From: a virus
Taxonomy: Duplodnaviria; Caudoviricetes
Strand: one strand, 5' to 3'
Virus record (IMG/VR): IMGVR_UViG_3300008255_000316
Span: 1 to 32,227 of that record
DNA length: 32,227 nt
Below are positions 17,858 to 25,151 of this stretch, piece after piece (positions within the stretch are counted from its first letter, which is position 1; each line of letters begins with the position of its first letter). The notes beneath the pieces are model-generated. The model made no database searches, was not told where the DNA came from, and was given only the letters and a program-made list of their open reading frames with translations. A program made the position numbers and the translations under genes.

Positions 17858-19523
17858 GGGCAGCTCCTATCTGGCTTCCCGCGTAGCGCAGGTTGTCAAT
17901 AATCTGCGAAAGTTCCGCAGCAGAAAGGCCGCTATACGCAGACGCAAGTATCTCAAACGCATCCTCAAAAGTCGCAGCCTTAGCCGCAGCGTCGAGGAGC
18001 CGGTCAATGGTCGCATCGGTTTCCTCCTGCCCCTTTTTTAAAAGGGCGGTTTCAAAATCTCCGGTCAGCCGGTCGTCCTTCTCCCGGGCCCGGTCTTCCT
18101 TGTCCGCAAACAGCCGGGGCAGAAGGCCGAAAAGTCCGCCGGGCTTTTTCTTTTCCTGGCTGCCGGAGGCAACCGGAAGCGGTGGGGCGGTGCCGTCCTG
18201 GCATCCGCATCCGCAGTCTTCCAGGTGCTCGGATTCCGGGATAAGGGCCGAAGGGGCGCGGCTGAAGGCGGCCTGCGGCTCTCCCGGATTAACCAGGTCA
18301 AAATCATCCTCGGGGATTCCGTATTCCCGGGCGATATAGCTTTTCTTGGGGCGGAAGCCCAGGGCAAAAAGCTTGGTGTCCCGCTCGGCCCGGTCGTCCT
18401 GCAGGTCTTCATCCTCGGCAAAGACGAACGCCGGAGGTTCTACCCCGGGGCCGTAGTTGTAGAGGGTGAACACCGCCGCCAGGCGGTTAAAGGCGGAAGC
18501 CACCCGGCGCCGGTCGGCGGCGGCCAGATCATCCCGCACCTGGTTGTGGGTCTGGGCGGCCGCATAGCTGCCGGTTTTGCCTATCTCGGTAGTCAGGGTC
18601 TGGCCCAACACGGCCTTGGAAATTTCGGAGTTGGCCATGGTGATGTACTCGGCGTACACCGAAGAGCTGGCGGCTTTGCCTTCAGCCCCCTCGATGGTAA
18701 TCTCCGATCCTTCCGGGGCAATGGCCACCGCGTCGGCCACCATGGATTCCAGGGCGTGAAGCAGCTCCGCCTTGTATTCGTTACCGGCGTTGTTGGGATA
18801 CTTCCCGTACAGGAAGGCCCCGCCGTATTTTTCCACAAACACGGTCCACCAGCGAAAGCCGTTCTTCTTGAAGGTCACCGGCCAGAAGCACTTGGAAAAC
18901 ACCTTGTCCCCGTAGGGGTTGGCGTAGCTGGGGCGGTGACGCACCAGAAGAAAGCGGTTCTCGGGAACCTCTTCGGGGGCGGTAAAGCCGGTACGGAACA
19001 CCAGCCGGTTGTCCTGGTCAAACTCAAACCACTGGGGAGGCTTTCCCACAATGTTGCCGATTCCCCATTTCTCCCCGTCAGGGCTCCACAGCACTTCCAG
19101 GGGCGAATAACCGTAAGCCACGGCATCCATCATCTCTTCGATAATCCGGGGCACGTCCAGGGCTTCCAGCTGCCGGGCGAACTCGTCGGCCGCCTCCTGC
19201 TGCTTTGTTCCTTCGGCCCCGGCTTCCATATACCACTCGGCTCCGGAGACGGCGGCACAGCGGACGCTCCACACGCTTTCCAGATGGCTGTCGGTCAGAA
19301 GCTCCTGCAGGGCGCTGATGCCTCGGCCCATCTTTCGCAGTACCGGGTCGGGATCGGGCAGCGTCCGCATAAGGCGGACAAACTCGTTGGCCCGGGCCCG
19401 GGTGGCAAAATGGTCACCGGCGGCAAGGTTAACCTCCGGCCGGTCGGCCAGGCTTCCTTCCTGTTTTTCTTTAGCCGGGGCGGTGGGGCCCCAGTTGCTG
19501 TAGTTCCGATTCTTCCGTGCCAT
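17850..19523 (-). CDS. Portal protein (Mu gp29 / DUF935)
   Basis: DSHL, DAV.YGYS.LEV.W, NPYG, F.EKYG....GKY, N.EISKAVLGQTLTT, GSYAAA.TH..VR motifs. Confidence 0.95.
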   Translation of the reverse strand: MARKNRNYSNWGPTAPAKEKQEGSLADRPEVNLAAGDHFATRARANEFVRLMRTLPDPDPVLRKMGRGISALQELLTDSHLESVWSVRCAAVSGAEWYMEAGAEGTKQQEAADEFARQLEALDVPRIIEEMMDAVAYGYSPLEVLWSPDGEKWGIGNIVGKPPQWFEFDQDNRLVFRTGFTAPEEVPENRFLLVRHRPSYANPYGDKVFSKCFWPVTFKKNGFRWWTVFVEKYGGAFLYGKYPNNAGNEYKAELLHALESMVADAVAIAPEGSEITIEGAEGKAASSSVYAEYITMANSEISKAVLGQTLTTEIGKTGSYAAAQTHNQVRDDLAAADRRRVASAFNRLAAVFTLYNYGPGVEPPAFVFAEDEDLQDDRAERDTKLFALGFRPKKSYIAREYGIPEDDFDLVNPGEPQAAFSRAPSALIPESEHLEDCGCGCQDGTAPPLPVASGSQEKKKPGGLFGLLPRLFADKEDRAREKDDRLTGDFETALLKKGQEETDATIDRLLDAAAKAATFEDAFEILASAYSGLSAAELSQIIDNLRYAGSQIGAARG

Positions 19524-21058
19524 TATTCATACCCCCGCAGTACCGCCGCCGCCCGCCGGGGGCTTGCGGTGGTAGGCATTCCTGCCCGGCGCTTTCTGGC
19601 TGCCTCAAGCAGCTTGCGCACCACCCCTTCCAGGGCGTCGGGGCCGTCCTTGTATTCCCCGTCGGGAAACTGGAGAAGCTGGTCAATCAGCTCCTTCTGG
19701 TCCGGGTCTTCCCGGTAAAACCTGATTACCCCGTTTTCGATGGGAGCCGACAGGGTTCCCTCGATGCGGGTGTCTTTATGTATGGTGTTGGTGGCTGCCC
19801 GGTAGGGAATGTGGTACCCCTCGGTCTCGGCCTTACGGTCAAGTACTTCACCAAGAAGAGCCTGGCCGCCGTTGTCCTCGTAAAACATCCAGGTGGGGTT
19901 ACAGCTGGTGTACACCTGGTACATGCCGTCTACCATCCGGGAAACCGACTCCTTGCGGATGCGGGCCTTGAGGATATAGATAATCCCTTCCTCGGTGATT
20001 CCGGCGCAGACCGTGGCCTTGTAGCAATGCTTCTCCTCATGCTTGACCGAGGGGTCTGTCCAGCTGAACACGTAGGGAAAACGCAAGGATATAAGCTCCT
20101 CGGGGTGGTAACCCTTTATGGAGTCTTCCCGGAATATCTTTTCATCCAGAGCCATAGGAACCAGCAGGTACTCCTGGTTGTAGGCGGTGGTGCCTATGGT
20201 TCGTTTCAGCCGGGCAAGCCGGGTGGGCGGGAACTGCTCTTTCCAGGCAGGCCTGCCCCGTTTTTCCGCCGGGTACTTGTAGGTCTTTACCGGCTGTACA
20301 TCGTCCGAGCCCTTTTCCAGGGTACTTGCCACACACTGGGTGTTTAAGGGGGTGGCCACGATTACCGCCGAATAGCTGGAAGCCAGGGCGGGAATCAAGT
20401 CCTGCATGACCCACTCCACGGTGGATCGGACAAACTTCCGGCTCTTGGCCCTCTGGCGGCTCTGGATATCATCCAGGCGCACGTAGTCCGGGCGGGCCGG
20501 GCCGTGAACGAACCCCCGGGGGTCTTGCCCGATGGAGATAGCCCGCACCAGGACGCTTTTGCCTCCCGAGCCGGGAACCTCGGCCACAAAACGGTTAAGA
20601 GCGGGTTTCTGGGCGCCGGGGATAAACTCCCCGAAGTCGTTTATAAGCCGGGGGTTGTACATCAGTTCAAGTAAAAGCCTGCCGGTGAAGGCGGCGGATT
20701 TCTCTTCGTTGTAGCTGGAGAAGATCATAAAGCTTCTCGTGCCGTAGGCTATGGCATGCACCGGATCCAGCAGGGTAAAGAAGGTACTCTTTCCCGAACC
20801 CCGGAAGGCCTGCAAAAGCACCGGCTCGTTTTCGGTTTCGCGGATCTTGTTCCATTCCTTGTGAAACTTGGAAAACTCATGAGGCACGTAGGCGGGGAAA
20901 TAGGTGCGGGCAAACTCCAGAAGGTCGTTTTTACACTTCTTTTTCCGCTCTTCCCTGGCTTTGGCCGAGTTATCCAGAAACGAGGGGCGGGAGAGGATTT
21001 CTTCCTTAAGCTCATTCCAGGCAGTTTCAAGCTGCTTTAATGTCTTTATTTCCCGCAT
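19523..21058 (-). CDS. terL: Terminase large subunit
   Basis: AFRGSGKST Walker A, RPD...LDD Walker B, QEY, DPS, K..RI, QL.QFP....DGPDALEG nuclease motifs. Confidence 0.95.
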   Translation of the reverse strand: MREIKTLKQLETAWNELKEEILSRPSFLDNSAKAREERKKKCKNDLLEFARTYFPAYVPHEFSKFHKEWNKIRETENEPVLLQAFRGSGKSTFFTLLDPVHAIAYGTRSFMIFSSYNEEKSAAFTGRLLLELMYNPRLINDFGEFIPGAQKPALNRFVAEVPGSGGKSVLVRAISIGQDPRGFVHGPARPDYVRLDDIQSRQRAKSRKFVRSTVEWVMQDLIPALASSYSAVIVATPLNTQCVASTLEKGSDDVQPVKTYKYPAEKRGRPAWKEQFPPTRLARLKRTIGTTAYNQEYLLVPMALDEKIFREDSIKGYHPEELISLRFPYVFSWTDPSVKHEEKHCYKATVCAGITEEGIIYILKARIRKESVSRMVDGMYQVYTSCNPTWMFYEDNGGQALLGEVLDRKAETEGYHIPYRAATNTIHKDTRIEGTLSAPIENGVIRFYREDPDQKELIDQLLQFPDGEYKDGPDALEGVVRKLLEAARKRRAGMPTTASPRRAAAVLRGYE

Positions 21059-21537
21059 TAAAACATTCCTTTACGGGTGGAGTAATTTACAAGCTCGTTG
21101 TAAATCGCATCCCAATAGGGTTCCATCTTGGCCTTCAGTTCCGGTTGGTTCTCCGCCAAATAGCTGTTGGCCACCTTGATAAGGTCGATGGCCACCCCCA
21201 GATACTGGCTGCGCACATCGATCTTCTGCATGACGCTGATATGCTTGGAAATGGCGTCGGCAATCTTGGGGTCGGAGAGCAGCTCCGGATTAGACTTGAT
21301 CTGCACCAGCCAGGCTTTCACGCTCTCGGCGTACATACCCACCATTTCCCGGGGGCTCATGTTGTAGATGCGCCGCTGCACATCCCAGTCCAGGGCCTCG
21401 CCCCGCTCGGCCGACTCAGACTTCCAGCGGTAGACGGTGCCCTCGTTCACCCCAAGCTCGACGGCGATTGCCGGGCAGGTCATGGAAGAACGCACATAGA
21501 GCCTCTCAGCCTCGTCCCGTTTATCCGGCAGGGCCAT
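21058..21537 (-). CDS. Terminase small subunit-like HTH protein (Mu gp27 / DUF1804)
   Basis: A..LYV....T...IA..LGV...TVYRWK......WD; immediately upstream of terL. Confidence 0.85.
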   Translation of the reverse strand: MALPDKRDEAERLYVRSSMTCPAIAVELGVNEGTVYRWKSESAERGEALDWDVQRRIYNMSPREMVGMYAESVKAWLVQIKSNPELLSDPKIADAISKHISVMQKIDVRSQYLGVAIDLIKVANSYLAENQPELKAKMEPYWDAIYNELVNYSTRKGMF

Positions 21538-21947
21538 TATTTACCCCCCAGGAATCCGGCCACCAGGGTGGCGGCGATTCCCATTAAAAAGGTCAGGACG
21601 GCAATTCCGCCCATGGCCGATATGATCTTCTTGGAGAGGGCATCGATGCTCTTGTGCATCTCGGTAATCTGCCGCTCGGCGGCATCCAGGCGCATGGCGA
21701 GCATGGAGATTCTGCCTTCTATGGCCTGGGCGTAGTCTTCTTTCAGATACTGTCTGATGGAAGCAAGCCCTTCGGTTAAACTTTTTTCGTATGCGTCCAT
21801 TCGCTCCCGCAGGTACTCGTACTGTTTGGCAATTACGGCGAACTCGGCGGTGTGCTCATGGTGAAAAGAGCAGACCGACGGGGCACTCTCCCGCTTGATT
21901 GGTGTTTCTTTCGGTTGTCCGGTCTGTGCCGTCCGTCTGGCTGCCAA
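21537..21947 (-). CDS. Coiled-coil protein with C-terminal transmembrane helix
   Basis: 136 aa; GAGGAG RBS before TTG; hydrophobic IISAMGGIAVLTFLMGIAATLVAGFL tail; lies between lysis and packaging genes. Confidence 0.7.
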   Translation of the reverse strand: MAARRTAQTGQPKETPIKRESAPSVCSFHHEHTAEFAVIAKQYEYLRERMDAYEKSLTEGLASIRQYLKEDYAQAIEGRISMLAMRLDAAERQITEMHKSIDALSKKIISAMGGIAVLTFLMGIAATLVAGFLGGK

Positions 21948-21948
21948 A

Positions 21949-22245
21949 TTACTTCTCCTCGTAAAAATCCAGCACCGCTTCTGCCTGAGCCATATAGCGG
22001 CGCATTTCTATAATGTTGCGCTCCAGGGCGCGGTAGTTCTCGTAAGATAGCCACAAGCCGCCGTCTTTCTCTTCAAAGACCACCGGTTCTTCTACCGGGG
22101 GCAGGGGCCGGGGCGGTGCAAGCTTGTCCAGCACCGCCTGAACGTCTGCCTCAGGAGGGCTTTTTACGCTCTGGCACGCCGAAAAGAGCGTTAGCCCGGC
22201 GGCCAAGACCAGCATCATCGGTAGATGCCAGGTTCTGTTTTTCAT
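21949..22245 (-). CDS. Lipoprotein, putative o-spanin (Rz1-like)
   Basis: Start revised to ATG 22245 (AAAGGAGG RBS). Signal MKNRTWHLPMMLVLAAGLTLFSA-C lipobox, Pro-rich linker; overlaps the i-spanin gene by 95 nt. Confidence 0.75.
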   Translation of the reverse strand: MKNRTWHLPMMLVLAAGLTLFSACQSVKSPPEADVQAVLDKLAPPRPLPPVEEPVVFEEKDGGLWLSYENYRALERNIIEMRRYMAQAEAVLDFYEEK

Positions 22246-22453
22246 CTGCTGCCTCCTTTTCCGCTTCCAGGGTGCCGTCCAGAGCACGCTGAAGGTATTC
22301 TGCCTTTCTCTCCACCTGCCAGAAGGCTTCGTGGAGCCGCAGGTTTTCGTTCCACTGCTCTTTGATCTTTCTGGATTGTCTGCGCAGGATGAGAACCAAA
22401 CCTGCGCAGGCGGCAAGCAGGACGGCGATAATTATCAGTACGGCGGTGGTCAT
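22151..22453 (-). CDS. Putative i-spanin (Rz-like)
   Basis: 100 aa; single N-terminal TM helix followed by coiled coil; overlapped by a lipoprotein gene. Confidence 0.72.
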   Translation of the reverse strand: MTTAVLIIIAVLLAACAGLVLILRRQSRKIKEQWNENLRLHEAFWQVERKAEYLQRALDGTLEAEKEAADEKQNLASTDDAGLGRRANALFGVPERKKPS

Positions 22454-22884
22454 GCTCCGGCCTCCGTAAGCTTTTCCTTGCCGCTGGCGGCGGCGGCCTT
22501 CTCGCCCTTGTGCATACCCACATAGACGGCGGACAGGGCTCCGGAGAAGGTAATCACCTCTTCCACCGGCAGGGCGGCGGTCTCGGGGGCGATGGCCCGG
22601 ACAATGAGCACCTCGGCGATAAAGAAGAGCCAGACAATGGTTATCCAGAGCATCCGGTCACGGATGGCAGGTATATAGGGAAAGCCGAACTCTCCCGACG
22701 GGGCCTTGATGGCCTTTATGATGTTGGAGGATTTGCTGATGCCAACGTAGGCCAGGGAGATGTAGCCGGTAAGGTTTACAATGTCCGCCAGGGGGAGCTG
22801 CGGGCTTATAACAGCCTGCAGGGCCACGGCGGCGGCAAGAAATACCAGCCAGATAAGCAGAATCCACAAGGTTTTATGGGGCAT
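22450..22884 (-). CDS. Four-TM membrane protein, putative holin
   Basis: 144 aa, first gene of the late operon, AAGGAGGT RBS; two similar 2-TM halves. Confidence 0.6.
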   Translation of the reverse strand: MPHKTLWILLIWLVFLAAAVALQAVISPQLPLADIVNLTGYISLAYVGISKSSNIIKAIKAPSGEFGFPYIPAIRDRMLWITIVWLFFIAEVLIVRAIAPETAALPVEEVITFSGALSAVYVGMHKGEKAAAASGKEKLTEAGA

Positions 22885-22910
22885 AAAGCACCTCCTTAAA
22901 AATCAAAATA

Positions 22911-23038
22911 GAGGCGGGGGAAGCACGAAGGCGCGGTAAAGGAGCGACCCGAAACCCGCACCCCCGTGTGAGACGCCTCCCCCCGCCAAGGGGTTGTGAC
23001 ACAGTTGCGGGCTTTGCACCCGCCGCTGGCCTGTGAGT
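22911..23038 (-). promoter_or_regulatory. Structured leader of the lysis/late operon
   Basis: CACAG/CTGTG stem enclosing GCGGG-TGCAAAG-CCCGC hairpin; long GGCGGGGGGAGGC/GCTTCCCCCGCC stem followed by TCTATTTTGATTTTT. Confidence 0.5.
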
Positions 23039-23078
23039 ACTTTGAAGATAAAGCAGGTAAGTCTTTAATAGCAAAGAA

Positions 23079-23109
23079 GATATTTGAGAAATATTCCTGA
23101 GTCAGGAAA
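23079..23109. promoter_or_regulatory. Dyad sites upstream of late operon (candidate Mor/C activator or repressor operators)
   Basis: Perfect TTCCTGA-G-TCAGGAA (23095-23109) and adjacent ATATTT-GAG-AAATAT dyad in an AT-rich spacer. Confidence 0.45.
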
Positions 23110-23118
23110 TTGCATTGT

Positions 23119-23155
23119 AAATAAGAAAAGCCCCCGCCGGTTACGACAGGGGCTT
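23119..23155 (-). terminator. Intrinsic terminator ending the antirepressor operon
   Basis: AAGCCCCTGTCG-TAAC-CGGCGGGGGCTT hairpin followed by TTCTTATTT on the minus strand. Confidence 0.75.
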
Positions 23156-23193
23156 GTAAAACAGGGTGCGGACAAATTGTCCGCTATTGCTCC

Positions 23194-23400
23194 CTACAGG
23201 CAGGAGGCTTTAGGTGAGTCTATGTGTTCCAGGGCGGCTTCCATGCGGGAGAGCTCTTCGTCCAGAAGTACGCTTATCCACGGCAGGGTCAGCTCCTGAA
23301 GCTTTCGCTCATCGGCGGAAGCGCCCAGAAGGTCGGCCACCGCCTTTATCTTGTACACGCTGGAAGACAGGCTGTCTACCGGCTCGGGGGCGTTAGGCAT
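23194..23400 (-). CDS. Small helical protein coupled to the antirepressor
   Basis: Start revised to ATG 23400 (GGAGG RBS, overlaps antirepressor stop); 68 aa. Confidence 0.65.
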   Translation of the reverse strand: MPNAPEPVDSLSSSVYKIKAVADLLGASADERKLQELTLPWISVLLDEELSRMEAALEHIDSPKASCL

Positions 23401-24043
23401 GGGAGGCCTCCGCTTCCAGGGGCAGGGCCAGCTGGATGGTTTTCTTAAAACCAACCGGGGACAGATACCCGGCGGCCTGTTCGTACAGTTCCCGGGAAAA
23501 CTGTTTTGCCCAGTATTTGACGTTTGAGTCGCTCACATCCAAAAGCTTACCGATGTCCGGGGCGGTCAGGGGAGGCTGAACGGAAAGGAGATAGAACAGT
23601 TTGTTGATTTTTGCCGGGTGCCATTCGGGGCTTGCCGAAAAGCGGTTGTAGATGTACCCGATAACCGCGCAGGCTTCCACCTGCTCGATGCCCAGCTCCT
23701 GCATGCGGGTGTACAGCTGCCGGGCCTTCTTCTCCACGCCAATAAAGTAGCGGCGGATGCGCCGCCCGGCCTCGTTGTTTTCCAGCATGGCCAGCTCTTT
23801 GGCCATGTCCAGGGAGAGGGAATACTCGGTGGCCGGACGGCCGCCGGAGGGGTTTTCCCCCGATTTGGGGAAAACCTCGTAGTCATCGCCCTCGGTAAAC
23901 TCGTACTGGTCAATGCGGTTTTTCAGCCAGGTAGTGAAATCCCGTCCGACTTCCAGAGCGCCGTGGAGTCCGCGGCCGTCCACCCATTCGGTTCCGTTCC
24001 GGTATTCTACGGCTACCGGTACGCCGTGTGCAGTTGTGTTCAT
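23393..24043 (-). CDS. antA: AntA/AntB-family antirepressor with C-terminal HTH
   Basis: VDGRGLH.ALEVGRDFTTWLK.RI..Y.F.EG.DY, GGRP..EY.LSLDMAKELAMLENNE.GRRIRRYFI..EK. Start revised to ATG 24043 (GGAGGT RBS). Confidence 0.92.
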   Translation of the reverse strand: MNTTAHGVPVAVEYRNGTEWVDGRGLHGALEVGRDFTTWLKNRIDQYEFTEGDDYEVFPKSGENPSGGRPATEYSLSLDMAKELAMLENNEAGRRIRRYFIGVEKKARQLYTRMQELGIEQVEACAVIGYIYNRFSASPEWHPAKINKLFYLLSVQPPLTAPDIGKLLDVSDSNVKYWAKQFSRELYEQAAGYLSPVGFKKTIQLALPLEAEASHA

Positions 24044-24083
24044 TGAACACCTCCGTAAGTTTTTGTCTTCGGGGCATAAAAAA

Positions 24084-24147
24084 CCCCGAGCGTTGACACG
24101 GCACTTACGTGGCCGCCGCGACCTCACGGTATCGCGACACTCGGGGG
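24084..24147 (-). ncRNA. c4-like antisense RNA (P1/P7 c4, P4 CI type)
   Basis: Closing stem CCCCGAGTG/CGCTCGGGG, GTGA-tetraloop hairpin, and a hairpin displaying CGTAAG followed by GTGTCAAC. These are complementary to GTTGACAC-AAAA-CTTACG (24246-24229) and to GACA-AAAA-CTTACG overlapping the antA RBS (24067-24054). Confidence 0.85.
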
Positions 24148-24249
24148 GCGGATACACCGCCATCTTGCTTCTGCTACATCGTTAGGGCATAAAAAATGCC
24201 GCTGGTGCTTTCGGGTGCGGTCGGCCCGCGTAAGTTTTGTGTCAACTAC

Positions 24250-24279
24250 ACCATAAACCACGGCGGGCGCTTTTGTCAA
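24250..24279 (-). promoter_or_regulatory. Sigma70-type promoter for the c4-antA unit
   Basis: TTGACA - 18 nt - TATGGT immediately before the first target site. Confidence 0.7.
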
Positions 24280-24416
24280 GCGGGATCTGTGTACACCACC
24301 CCGCAGCGTCTGCATACGTGGTGGGTCTTGCCCAGGTGCTCCCAGGTAGAGCAGGGCTTGTGCCCGAAGCGGCGGCATATCCACATCTTGATTCTGGTTA
24401 TAAGGTCTTCGCCCAT
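24276..24416 (-). CDS. Small Cys/His zinc-binding prophage protein (DUF1660-like)
   Basis: Not in ORF track. AAGGAGG RBS; MGEDLITRIKMWICRRFGHKPCSTWEHLGKTHHVCRRCGVVYTDPA (46 aa) with C-x3-GH...C-x-RCG. Confidence 0.7.
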   Translation of the reverse strand: MGEDLITRIKMWICRRFGHKPCSTWEHLGKTHHVCRRCGVVYTDPA

Positions 24417-24496
24417 GGGGGCCTCCTTGTAAGGGTAGCCTCCGCTCCTTCCGATAATGGTAGCACGGGCAACCAGCCCGAAAGGAGCGAAGCGCT

Positions 24497-24676
24497 ATGG
24501 AACAGTCTCTCAAAGAACTGGCGATGGAAATCGCCAAGATGGTAGTTTCGGTAAATCCGGAATACGTCAACCTGAAAAACGGTTTTGTCACCGGAACAAC
24601 CATCATCGACCTGCGCCGGGATATCCTTGACGCCCTAAAGAAGGACGCCGAGGAACATCCCGACTACTACGATTAA
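24497..24676 (+). CDS. Small opposite-strand (moron-like) hypothetical protein
   Basis: Not in ORF track. AAAGGAG RBS; MEQSLKELAMEIAKMVVSVNPEYVNLKNGFVTGTTIIDLRRDILDALKKDAEEHPDYYD (59 aa); fills the gap between two minus-strand genes. Confidence 0.7.
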   Translation: MEQSLKELAMEIAKMVVSVNPEYVNLKNGFVTGTTIIDLRRDILDALKKDAEEHPDYYD

Positions 24677-24876
24677 GCGAGATTGATCGCTTCCCCCGGA
24701 ATGTGCAGGGTAAACACGACCGTTCCTTCCGTATCTATGGACAGGTCGCTATACCAAGCCTTTAGGCCGCTATCCCGAATCAGTTTCAGGGCAGTATTCG
24801 CCCTGTCTGCGCCTTCGGTAATGCGTTCTTCCGGCTGGTACTTCCGGGGGTCTTCTTTGCTCATTCTGGCATTCAT
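24673..24876 (-). CDS. Hypothetical protein
   Basis: 67 aa; TAGGAGGT RBS. Confidence 0.7.
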   Translation of the reverse strand: MNARMSKEDPRKYQPEERITEGADRANTALKLIRDSGLKAWYSDLSIDTEGTVVFTLHIPGEAINLA

Positions 24877-25041
24877 CCGATACCTCCTAAATATTACCGC
24901 CTGATTCCCCGGCGGCCCGGTAGGGAAATAGTTAAAGGGCTTGAATTGGCGGTTTATCCCAACGCCTCGTTTTACGTCGCCCCCCGACGTGCTGGTTTAT
25001 CCGGTCTTTGCCAGCCTGTAGCACTGCGCCGGTGCTAAAAT

Positions 25042-25121
25042 TGGAGCCGAGGGGATTTGAACCCCTGTCCCGAAGCGTTCCCCTGTAGGGTATTTCGCTC
25101 CGGTCGAACCCATCCGGCCCC
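25042..25121 (-). ncRNA. Minimal tmRNA-like RNA consisting only of the tRNA-like domain (80 nt)
   Basis: GGGGCCG-GATGGGTTCGA-CCGGAGCG-AAATACCCTACAGGGGAA-CGCTTCGG-GAC-AGGGG-TTCAAAT-CCCCT-CGGCTCC-A. Has a 7-bp acceptor with G3:U70 and discriminator A, stemless D-loop with GG and TTCGA, 8-bp helix 2a, GAC linker and perfect T-arm. Confidence 0.88.
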
Positions 25122-25151
25122 GTTCGGTGCATCACTTTGCACCGGTTTGCA

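Noticed and set aside
18225-19718. Long plus-strand ORFs opposite structural genes (497 aa here; also 13354-14271, 19517-20347, 6681-7472)
   Set aside because: Antisense shadows of GC3-rich genes with clear phage motifs on the minus strand; no RBS or recognisable domains.
22960-23040. Resemblance to twister-sister ribozyme, cobalamin or c-di-GMP riboswitch (GGTGCAAAGCC, GCAACTGT)
   Set aside because: Only the T-loop-like hairpin matches; the remaining conserved cores could not be built.
25042-25121. Ordinary tRNA-Ala, or an attL/attR scar of ssrA
   Set aside because: There is no D-stem and no 7-nt anticodon loop. Both tmRNA ends are present and paired, and the element lies mid-prophage with no integrase.
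24932-25135. 67-aa minus-strand ORF spanning the tmRNA-like element
   Set aside because: No RBS, and the sequence is better explained by RNA base-pairing.
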